Part shown: positions 29,378-37,541 of the stretch, one piece after another
Numbering within the stretch: position 1 is the stretch's first letter
How the letters are laid out: every line of letters starts with the position of its first letter
Assembly (NCBI GenBank): GCA_963977445.1
Contig: CAXBPH010000030.1
Coordinates: forward strand, 1-38,832
Source: an uncultured bacterium
GTDB taxonomy: Bacteria; Hydrogenedentota; Hydrogenedentia; Hydrogenedentales; JAEUWI01
Length of the DNA stretch: 38,832 bases
Reading direction: 5' to 3'
Made by a program: the position numbers and the translations under genes
The notes under the pieces: model-generated
Databases searched by the model: none
The model's input: only the letters and a program-made list of their open reading frames with translations
Told to the model about the DNA's origin: nothing

Positions 29378-29508
29378 AAAATTTTGCACAAACGATTTCC
29401 TGTTGGATATTGTGTGTTTTAGAGACATTTTAAAAGCTTCCAGCGCCATGGGCGGGGCCACCGGCCGGGAATGTATCGGCCCGACTCTAATTCGGTATAC
29501 TTTCAATT

Positions 29509-30543
29509 ATGACGCAACGAACGAAAGTTACCATGAAGTTTTTGGCGGAGGAGCTGGACATATCGGTTTCGATGGTGTCCCGTGTCTTGAATGGCAAAGC
29601 CAAAGAGTATCGCATCAGCGAAAAAACCCAGCAACTCGTTCAGGAGGCGGCGGAAAAGCACGGATTCATGGTCAACGAGGTCGCCCGCGGTCTGCGCCTC
29701 CAGCGGACCAATACCATCGGTCTCCTCATGCCCGATATCTCCAACAGCATATTCTCCATGATTGCCCGCTCCGTCGAAAACACCTTCCGCCGTAACGGTT
29801 ATTCCACCATACTCTGCGATACGGCCAACGATGCCGAAGTGGAGCAAAAAGCTCTGGGCCTCCTTCATAGTCGCTCTGTCGATGGCATTCTGATGGCACC
29901 CGTTGGGAAAGAAACCCGGTATATAAAGGCCATCTTTGATCGGGGATTCCCCATCGTCCTCGTGGACCGTTTTTTCGACCAATTGCGTGTGCCCTACGTT
30001 ACCTCCAACAACTATCAGGGCGGCTATGTTGGTGCCATGCACTTGATTGATCATGGACATCGCCATCTTGGCTTTATTCAGGGTATACCCGATTCCAAAC
30101 CGAGTTCCGAGCGTCTGCGCGGCTTTCGCCAGGCCCTCCAGGATTGTCAACTGCCCTTTGACGAAACCCTGGTCGAAGGGAGTAAATTTGATGCCGAAGA
30201 CGGCTATCTCAGTGCCAAGGCCTTGCTGGAGCGTCCAGACCGGCCCACCGCTCTTTTTTCCTGCAGTTCCATCGGCGCCCTGGGGGCCATGAAGGCCTGC
30301 GGCGAAATGGGCCTGCGCGTGCCCGAAGATGTATCCCTCATCGGCTTCGATGAATTCCCCTACGCCTCTTTGCTCGCTACGCCGCTGACCACCATAGCGC
30401 AACAAACCGGTGCCCTCGGTGAAAGCGCGAGCCAGATGTTACTCGACTGGCTTGATTCCGGGAAGCCGCCTGCCATCACTTCACGGGTCTTTGATACCGA
30501 ATTGCACCCCCGCGCCTCGGTAGCTACCCGTAATCCGTCGTGA
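29509..30543 (+). CDS. LacI family transcriptional regulator
   Basis: TMKFLAEELDISVSMVSRVLNG HTH, ARGLR hinge, periplasmic-binding-like core, VPEDVSLIGFD, PLTTI. Confidence 0.95.
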   Translation: MTQRTKVTMKFLAEELDISVSMVSRVLNGKAKEYRISEKTQQLVQEAAEKHGFMVNEVARGLRLQRTNTIGLLMPDISNSIFSMIARSVENTFRRNGYSTILCDTANDAEVEQKALGLLHSRSVDGILMAPVGKETRYIKAIFDRGFPIVLVDRFFDQLRVPYVTSNNYQGGYVGAMHLIDHGHRHLGFIQGIPDSKPSSERLRGFRQALQDCQLPFDETLVEGSKFDAEDGYLSAKALLERPDRPTALFSCSSIGALGAMKACGEMGLRVPEDVSLIGFDEFPYASLLATPLTTIAQQTGALGESASQMLLDWLDSGKPPAITSRVFDTELHPRASVATRNPS

Positions 30544-30925
30544 CGACAGCCGACTCCGAGTGGGGGCTGTACCCCGTCGATTCACGTCGATGACAATCTT
30601 CAGTCAAGGTTGACCATTTATTGCGCTACGCGACACGATGTCTATTTACACTATTGCGCAATCCAATAGGGTCAATAGTGAGCAGACCCACCTTCCCTAT
30701 CCCTTTCTTCGCCCTGCTACGCTCCTTCTGCGTGTCATCGGGTTGTTGCCCAACCGTCCCCGAACCCCTGCTATATGCGAGTGTAAGTTGCTTAATAAAA
30801 GGGGGTTAGGAGGTTCAAGGTGCGATGCGTAGCATGACGTAAGTAGGTGGCATCCACCTCTGGGCGACCGTTGTAGAGTCCCTCTACTATGACGAAATAG
30901 CATCATTTTCAGGGGTGAACGCTCA

Positions 30926-30942
30926 TTGGCACGTAGGTTGCT
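30926..30942 (+). promoter_or_regulatory. Sigma54 (-24/-12) promoter
   Basis: TTGGCACG-TAGG-TTGCT matches TGGCACG-N4-TTGCW exactly; intergenic and oriented toward the gene at 31343. Confidence 0.75.
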
Positions 30943-31342
30943 CTAATACGAGTATCACAATCACCTCAACGCAGCGCCGAATCCGCGATGGAGTACGGCA
31001 CCCCCGCTCAGAATCTGGGCGACATCCTGCGAAGTATTGCGAATCGTTCCCAGGCGTCTTTTGTGACCGACCTCCAAAGGGCACCTGTTTCAGGGGGATG
31101 ATGTATTGGCCCTGAGGCCCGGTTGAGCGCGAATTGCGCCATCGCGCTGCTTCTCCAACGCAATGATTGAGTCCGAAAGCATTGGTTCACGATGCCGTTT
31201 TAACCCATGAACGATTTCGGATACCTCGACGGGTGACGTCACCCAATCAGGTTCAGCAGGTGTAGGACAATTCGACCAAGATCTGGAGATGCATAGCGGG
31301 CAGCATTGCCGGAAACTCCGATGGAGAAAGTTCAGGTGTAGC

Positions 31343-32437
31343 ATGGAAGTACATCATGAGGCACAAGAGAAAACGCCGCTGGCGAACCCAGCCGACAATC
31401 GTCGGCGGGGGCTTTACCTGACCATCGGGTTCATGATGCTCCTGCCAATTTTACTGGCACCAACCCACCCTATCGCCGTGTATGCCTTTCTCGCCGATAC
31501 CTACGGGCGGCCCTTGATCGAAATTGAGCCTCGCGAAATAGACCCCGATCTCGAAGCCTTTCTAATCACACCACACCAGCTTTCGCGCTACCGGGATGAC
31601 CTCCGTTCCGATATGCTTGACACCCGCACGGGCTGGCTCTTTGCTATCGTTCGCGGTGTGGATGGTCGCCTGGAGCAGGCACCAATACGAACCTGGAATA
31701 CATTTCTCCCCGATGTTGTGCACAAATTTCTGGGTGGGTGGCTCGACCAGAAGGAAATTCCCTATCTCGGTGATGCCGTAGCACTCTGGATGGATGGCGG
31801 CACCATCGTGGCCATGGGGCACTACCATCCCTTTGGTGGCGGTCCCTCTGCAGGTGACCGACGGGCCCAGTCCCTCTCCCTTTATGCCGAAGTCGTTGTT
31901 TCCAATGGGGTCATTCCCATGGTCTATGTGGAAGGTGAGGTTGTTCCCTATGGAGCCCATGCCCGCATTTCCGTTGACGTGTTCCGAAACATTCGCGCCT
32001 TGGAAAAAAGTCTTCTTATGGAGGTGAAAGATATCCCCATAGCGATGAAGGTTCCCAGCCGTGAGTTGATTTCGGTGCTTGCCTATCTACGGGATTACCG
32101 GGGGGCCAATCTGACCGACAAGAAAGATGTCGCGGCTACGCTCAGCACATTGTGCCTTGAATTCAGGGCGATCCATGAGCCGGTCTTTCAAAACGGATTT
32201 TCCCCACTGGCCTATCAATCTGATCCAGACAAACTGGCGGTTCTGCACAATCTCATCAATCTGGAATTCTGGACGGTTGTCGTGGCTGGGTCAAATCGAG
32301 CCTCTGGATCTCAGGATCTGGTGGTCGTAGAGAACGGCGGCGGGGAGATTCAACCGTTTATAGGGGGGGCCCCCGATACGAATTCCTCTACCCCAATGAT
32401 TGCGGCCCTGTCTCCCCAACACATAGACGCCGTCTGA
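31343..32437 (+). CDS. Membrane-anchored JAB/MPN-like domain protein, paralog 1 (Glu position is Thr)
   Basis: N-terminal RRR plus hydrophobic anchor; GHYHPFGGGPSAGD motif; gapless alignment to 34375..35337, which fixes the start at ATG 31343. Confidence 0.8.
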   Translation: MEVHHEAQEKTPLANPADNRRRGLYLTIGFMMLLPILLAPTHPIAVYAFLADTYGRPLIEIEPREIDPDLEAFLITPHQLSRYRDDLRSDMLDTRTGWLFAIVRGVDGRLEQAPIRTWNTFLPDVVHKFLGGWLDQKEIPYLGDAVALWMDGGTIVAMGHYHPFGGGPSAGDRRAQSLSLYAEVVVSNGVIPMVYVEGEVVPYGAHARISVDVFRNIRALEKSLLMEVKDIPIAMKVPSRELISVLAYLRDYRGANLTDKKDVAATLSTLCLEFRAIHEPVFQNGFSPLAYQSDPDKLAVLHNLINLEFWTVVVAGSNRASGSQDLVVVENGGGEIQPFIGGAPDTNSSTPMIAALSPQHIDAV

Positions 32438-32678
32438 CACCCTCTGCCCTGGTTGCGGCGTAAGGGGAATCGCCAAGATTAAAGTATTTACAGGCTTGGG
32501 CCGAAAACGGCGCCCATGACTGACAAGATCCACGGTCCGTGATAAAGTTTTGAGTGCAGGGCATGAGTGAAACGTACCCCTACCATTGCAGAAGCATACG
32601 TCTGAGGTGGTTCGCTTTATGAGGGGCACTATCTCATCGAAATAACAGGGGTCGGACTTCGTTCTATCAGGTTCAACC

Positions 32679-32723
32679 CAAAGCTTGTTGCTCGCCTCAT
32701 CGTGCTGATGGCGGGCGCTTTTT
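32679..32723 (+). terminator. Terminator-like hairpin about 35 bp upstream of the PASTA pseudogene start
   Basis: GCTCGCC...GGCGGGC stem followed by GCTTTTT. Confidence 0.4.
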
Positions 32724-32756
32724 CATGAACTGAACGGTCCTATCGAGGTGCTCACT

Positions 32757-33602
32757 GTGAAAAAGTTCGTTCCCTTTCTAAAGTTGCTCTCCACAATGGC
32801 AGCCCTAGTCGTTTTTCAGGGATGTGAACCTACTACAACGCTAGTTAGCGTTCCTGATGTGAAGGGTTGACGCAGGAGGCCGAAGAAACCTCGCTTGCCA
32901 ACGCGAACTTGAGCCTGGGCGCGGTATCAGAAGCGGCCAGCGATACCGTTGTCGCCGATTTGGTGATCTCACAAAGCCCCACCGGGGGAAACGATGTCGC
33001 GCCGTACTCTGCCGTCGCGATAACGGTCTTGACCGGGCCAGGCACGGCGGGCGAATGTGAATGTGAGACCTTCGAGACGACGGTAACGGGCCGCCTGGTC
33101 TACAACGATGAATCTCCCGTAAAAGGCGCAACCATCACGTCCAGTTTTGAGGGGACCGTTTCCAGCGATGCCAATGGCGACTTTTCGCTGGTCATCACGG
33201 TAACCGGAAATCCGGCGTCGCCCCCGGACGTAACCATATCGGCCACGGTTAGCGTGGAGCAGACTCGACCTGGTCGTGGCCAACTATGGCAGCCAGGGCT
33301 TGTCCGTGCTCTTGGGCAATGGAGACGGTACCTTCCAATCGGGATTGACCACCACGTCGGATGGGCCCACGGACATGGCGCTGGCAGACTTTGACAGAGA
33401 CGGCAATCTGGATCTGGCAACCGCCAATGGCACCGAAATAGTGATGTTCCTTGGCAAGGGTACGGGTCGTTTTGAGCCTGCTGTTCCCATTAGCAGCGCC
33501 CGCGGTTCCGACGCCATACTCTCAGGCGACTTCAATGGCGACGAGAAAATAGATTTGGCTACGACCAATGGCAACAATGTTCAGATAATTCTGCAACGCT
33601 AA
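32757..33602 (+). pseudogene. Disrupted lipoprotein: PASTA domain + Ig/carboxypeptidase-regulatory-like domain + FG-GAP repeats
   Basis: GTG 32757 (GAGGTG RBS) gives MKKFVPFLKLLSTMAALVVFQGC-EPTTTLVSVPDVKG*; the PASTA domain continues in another frame from 32867 (LTQEAEETSL...SDTV...VISQSP...TGP); second frame switch near 33261 into RLDLVVANYGSQGLSVLLGNGDGTF FG-GAP repeats. Confidence 0.82.
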
Positions 33603-33659
33603 TCGGGGCGCCGGATGGGTTCATTCGGGAGTCCCTGAATGCCCTGTAAAGTAAATAAG

Positions 33660-33702
33660 CCATGGGGAGTCGTAAGCATGTAATGCTTGCGACTCCCCAT
33701 GG
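33660..33702. repeat. Long inverted repeat (20-bp arms, 3-nt loop)
   Basis: CCATGGGGAGTCGTAAGCAT-GTA-ATGCTTGCGACTCCCCATGG, one mismatch (G-U on the + strand). Confidence 0.85.
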
Positions 33703-33950
33703 GTGTTTAGAGCGGGTGTGGCAGTGACGGGGGTGTAATTGGGGCACCCATCCCACCCGTCAACCTCCAGTCTCCCGAAGATGGGCCACACGCCAGTGTG
33801 TATGTGCTCTGTGCTCCGGAATCCAAAAATTTCTCGGAAAAGAGCGCATAGTCCATGTAGGGGCAGGAAACTGCTTCGCCCTTGGGGCACCGCCCTCCCC
33901 GGCGTTCTCAATCAGCATCTCCTGCCGCTTTTTCGCTCACCGACAGAAAA

Positions 33951-33967
33951 TTGGCACGCAAACTGCG
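33951..33967 (+). promoter_or_regulatory. Sigma54 (-24/-12) promoter
   Basis: TTGGCACG-CAAA-CTGCG: invariant GG and GC at correct spacing, two deviations in the -12 box; same relative position as the site upstream of paralog 1. Confidence 0.6.
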
Positions 33968-34034
33968 TTAAAGATGCAGTACTGCGGCACCAACCGGGAT
34001 GCCTCGCACCAGTAAATCGGCCGAATTATATCGC

Positions 34035-34047
34035 TAATGCACTGATA
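34035..34047 (-). promoter_or_regulatory. IHF-like binding site
   Basis: Minus strand TATCAGTGCATTA fits WATCARNNNNTTR, in AT-rich context about 70 bp downstream of the sigma54 site. Confidence 0.35.
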
Positions 34048-34374
34048 TAAAACGCGTTAACAGAAAGAGTTGACTTAAGCGGCAACGAGCGACGGGTCGT
34101 TATAAAGTGACCCCATCGTAGGGTTTCTTTGTAAAGTATCCGAATCGTAACCAAAACCAACGTCATCTCGGGCTTTGTCCATCCCACGCCCAGGGGAATC
34201 GGCATGCTCCGGCGCGAGAATCACTCGCCAAGACGACCAATAGTAATAATGCGTCTGAAAATACGTGAAAAATAAGACAAAACATACCCGGAATGCCAAA
34301 AAATAATACGCATGAGTAATAACGACGCATTGGTAGGTGTTGTTGTAACGTAAACCAAGGAAGTACGGTGTACC

Positions 34375-35337
34375 ATGGAAGTTCGTCATGAGGCACAGGA
34401 AGCTCCGCGCAGGTGTCAATTCAGATTCAAGCGCTATCGGATCCTCCTCACAGTTTTAATTGCAGCCCTCTTGCTGCCCGCGGTCTTGTCACCCACCCAT
34501 CCCATCGCCGTCTATGGCTATCTTTTCGATACCTATGTGCCGCCACTCATGGCCCCCGTGGCGGCCGGCGTGGATGATGGTCTCACCGACTTTCTCATCA
34601 CACCCGACCAGTTGGACCGCTATCGGGATGAATTGTTCGCTGATTTTAACGATGAACGGGGCGGTAAGCTTTTTGTCATCGTTCGGGAGTCCGGTGGTGA
34701 TTTCCGGCATGAACCCATCCGGACCTGGAATTCGTTCCTGCCGGAGGAATTACCCACCGCCATAAGTCGTTGGCTGGACCGAAAAGAATTGCCCTACCTG
34801 GGCGATTCGGTGGACCTGTGGATGAACGGCGACGAGATCGTTGCCGTCGGACACTATCACCCCTATGGGGGTGGGCCGTCGCCCGGTGATCAGCGTGCCC
34901 AGTCTTTCTCGAAATTTGCCGAGGTCGTGGTATCCAACGGGATCGTTCCCATGGTCTACCTCCACGGGGAAATCATACCCTATGGCAATAACGTGAAGAT
35001 CTCCAACAGCCATTACCGCACCATGCGGACGCTGGAGCGGGGCTTGCTCATGGAGATTAAAGAGATAGCGGTATCGCCCGCGACACCGAGCATCCGCTTC
35101 GCCGCCTTTCTTGCTTACCTGCGGGATTACCGCCATGTGGACCTCACCGACAAACATCGCGTCGCCAGCGAAGTGTACGCTATGTGCGCAACCTTTAAGC
35201 GCACCTACGCGGAGGCCTTCACCAAAGGCTTCCGACCTTTTGCTTACCGGGAAGAGCCCGACAAGCATTCCATGCTGAGCAACTTGAGCAATGTGGAGCT
35301 CTGGGCTGCGGGTGTTAAATACTTTCGGAATCCGTAA
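34375..35337 (+). CDS. Membrane-anchored JAB/MPN+ (JAMM)-like metalloprotease, paralog 2
   Basis: Basic n-region plus TM; LITPDQLDRYRDELFADFNDERGGKLF (E94) ... IVAVGHYHPYGGGPSPGD (H160, H162, S169, D172) ... EVVVS follows the JAB core pattern. Confidence 0.8.
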   Translation: MEVRHEAQEAPRRCQFRFKRYRILLTVLIAALLLPAVLSPTHPIAVYGYLFDTYVPPLMAPVAAGVDDGLTDFLITPDQLDRYRDELFADFNDERGGKLFVIVRESGGDFRHEPIRTWNSFLPEELPTAISRWLDRKELPYLGDSVDLWMNGDEIVAVGHYHPYGGGPSPGDQRAQSFSKFAEVVVSNGIVPMVYLHGEIIPYGNNVKISNSHYRTMRTLERGLLMEIKEIAVSPATPSIRFAAFLAYLRDYRHVDLTDKHRVASEVYAMCATFKRTYAEAFTKGFRPFAYREEPDKHSMLSNLSNVELWAAGVKYFRNP

Positions 35338-35398
35338 CGTTAGTTGAGGCCTGCACCGTCTCGCCCCACGTGCTGGCACCATTGAAGTCCTGCACCAC

Positions 35399-35444
35399 CG
35401 CGGAAACGCCCCAGAGTCGGGGCGTTTCCGCGTTTTCATTTTTT
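35399..35444 (+). terminator. Rho-independent terminator after paralog 2
   Basis: 14-bp perfect stem CGCGGAAACGCCCC/GGGGCGTTTCCGCG followed by TTTTCATTTTTT. Confidence 0.85.
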
Positions 35445-35644
35445 GGTTCCGCCTCTACGGGTATTGGCATAAGTACGTATTCGCCGTGAACGATTGGAGG
35501 CTGGCAGTCACGAAGCGCGGTACGTGTCTGTCATGTTCAGAGCTCTTCAATGAGACGGCCGAAATGGACCCTTGTGGAAACTTAGTTTTCCGAAGGGGCG
35601 GCACACGGTGGCGCCACGGCGCCTGTGCTACCCCCGGGGAGGGC

Positions 35645-36079
35645 TTAGTCCTCATTGCGCTTGGTCGCTGACTGAGGGAGGCCAAAGATCCGGTCAAAAG
35701 CCCAGGTGAAGACGATCGCGTATACGAAGAAGAAGACGAGGACGCCGAGATTCGTGACAAAGGCGGCGAGCAAGGATGTGTTGAGCCAGTAGGCCACGAC
35801 GGGAATTAGCAGAAATACCAGACCGCCTTCGAAACCGAGTCCATGCATCACACGGCGTTTAAAGGAGCGACCTTTCGTATCCTGACGAACTTCCCATCGT
35901 TCGAACAATCCATTGAAGATGTAATTCCAAACAAGGGCGATAGTGGACATCAATACAGCGAGACCCAATGTGGAGGTCATCGGCTCAGCAAAGAATAGTG
36001 CCAATCCAGGCCCAACGGCGGCAATCGCGATGGCTTCGTAAAGCACGGCCTGAACGATTCGGCGGGTTAAGGGATTCAT
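35645..36079 (-). CDS. PACE family (AceI-like) efflux transporter
   Basis: RRIVQAVLYE, WNYIFNGLFE, RSFKRRVMHGLGFEGGL, YAIVFTWAFD are tandem BTP repeat motifs; four TMs. Confidence 0.92.
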   Translation of the reverse strand: MNPLTRRIVQAVLYEAIAIAAVGPGLALFFAEPMTSTLGLAVLMSTIALVWNYIFNGLFERWEVRQDTKGRSFKRRVMHGLGFEGGLVFLLIPVVAYWLNTSLLAAFVTNLGVLVFFFVYAIVFTWAFDRIFGLPQSATKRNED

Positions 36080-36263
36080 CCCGGGTGACCCTTTCTTCGA
36101 TTGGTGATACGCCCGCAGCACGCTTAAAACAAATGGGGGAGCCTATCACACCCCAGATAAACAGGGCAATTGACTGCCACGAAAACAATTGGAAAGATCT
36201 TAGTGGCTGCTTGTAGATGCCCAGCCCCAATTCAGGATTTCCTCCAGCCCGACGCCGGCTAAG

Positions 36264-36432
36264 ATGGCACGTCTCCGCGTGCCTGGCAACCTCGGTTTCG
36301 ATGCGGCAAAACCCGTTACCTTGAGCACCATCATAGAGAGGCTAAACAATAGACCCGGAAAATCGCTTTACCGCGGTACGCCACACGATTCCCTGCAAGA
36401 GGCCATCGTTGCACTTGATGGTAGAATCTAGC
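36264..36432 (+). mobile_element. IS30-family remnant: transposase C-terminus and right inverted repeat
   Basis: Reads ...IIERLNNRPGKSLYRGTPHDSLQEAIVALDGRI*, compare the IS30 C-terminal LNNRPRK.L...TP...VAL pattern; stop lies inside IR-like CGTTGCACTTGATGGTAGAATCTAGC (36407-36432). Confidence 0.75.
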
Positions 36433-36700
36433 CGAGTTCTTCCCGGAAGGAGCTTGGGGAACACCACACCATTTTGGTAGTTCAGAACTGGGGAGAGCCA
36501 ACTGCTGTAGATTTATTCGCCGACCCTTGCTACACTTTCTCTAGTGCCAAAGGCGGGCTTCATCCCACCCTAATGATTAGCACCAGGAATAAGATTCAAT
36601 AAGGGCTGAACGGCCGCGCCATTTTACTCCCGGATAATCGGCTTCAATTACAAGTCAGACCACGCGGACACGTTATTCGTGAAAATGCGTACGTTTCTAC

Positions 36701-36726
36701 CGTAGATTCAATCGCCAAGTGCACCG
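36701..36726 (+). mobile_element. Isolated IS30-family terminal inverted repeat
   Basis: CGTAGATTCAATCGCCAAGTGCACCG matches the reverse complement of 36407-36432 at 19/26 positions and resembles the TGTAGATTCAAT start of IS30 ends. Confidence 0.65.
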
Positions 36727-36770
36727 CGACGTATACCGATGCCCCATAATTAGCACAGGAGAGTGAGGTC

Positions 36771-37541
36771 ATGAGTATAAGAAATGGCCAATGTTTCGTG
36801 GTTTTTGTCCTGTTGGCATCGAGTGCCGTTCTGGCGGTGGGAGATAGCAACGACAATACGAATGGTGAACTTCGAAAATTACCGCTGGTGCACCAGGAGG
36901 GAGATTGGGGACTTCCCGATGGTATGACCTGGAGCGATGCACTCCGTGTGATAGAGCGTTCTTACCGTAGTTTGATCTCCATCGAAACGCACAAAAAGCA
37001 CGACCCCAAAAAGCGCAATCTGGTTATTGAAGGGTATCCAGATCGTATGGCTTGGCAGATCAGGGAAATGGAAATTACAAAAGTGACCACGCTGGAGGAG
37101 GCGCTTAATCGATACTGTGTTGCCACGGACGACTCTTTTGAACGGCAGACCATTGGCGGGCAATTATGTCTATTGCCAATAGATGTGACGGGTGACCGGC
37201 TTACCACGGAGCTCGATAGACCGATATCTATTTCTCTCAAGAATGTTACTGCGGAAGTTGGTGTGGCTGCCGTAGTGAAAGCCTACAATTTGAGATATCC
37301 AGACGACAAGATTGTGTCTGGAACAAATGCGGAGCAGTTTCTCTGGAAAATGCCAAGCTCGTACTACGACGTGGCACAGATCACGGTAGAGGCCGACGAG
37401 CTCTCTACTCGACACGTACTCTGCGCCGTTCTAAATCAGGCCCCGCTTCAACTGGGATATGTTTTTCACGATAAGCTCAAACAAGTCCTTATAGTCGCGA
37501 ACTACAAGAGCCCGCAACCGAAACCAGATTTGGATGAATAG
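36771..37541 (+). CDS. Secreted hypothetical protein, possibly STN/N0-like domains
   Basis: AGGAG RBS, signal peptide (VLA cleavage), LDRPISISLKNVT resembles STN-type domains (weak). Confidence 0.7.
   Translation: MSIRNGQCFVVFVLLASSAVLAVGDSNDNTNGELRKLPLVHQEGDWGLPDGMTWSDALRVIERSYRSLISIETHKKHDPKKRNLVIEGYPDRMAWQIREMEITKVTTLEEALNRYCVATDDSFERQTIGGQLCLLPIDVTGDRLTTELDRPISISLKNVTAEVGVAAVVKAYNLRYPDDKIVSGTNAEQFLWKMPSSYYDVAQITVEADELSTRHVLCAVLNQAPLQLGYVFHDKLKQVLIVANYKSPQPKPDLDE

Noticed and set aside
31289..31342. Upstream ATG 31289 as the start of JAB paralog 1
   Set aside because: Homology with paralog 2 begins exactly at ATG 31343.
32490..32545. Possible c-di-GMP riboswitch (GAAA-loop hairpin ahead of a terminator)
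   Set aside because: Lacks the GGCAAA and GACGCAAAG conserved segments; cannot be supported without a covariance search.
36265..36281. TGGCACGTCTCCGCG as a sigma54 promoter
   Set aside because: -12 element mis-spaced, and it lies within the IS30 remnant.
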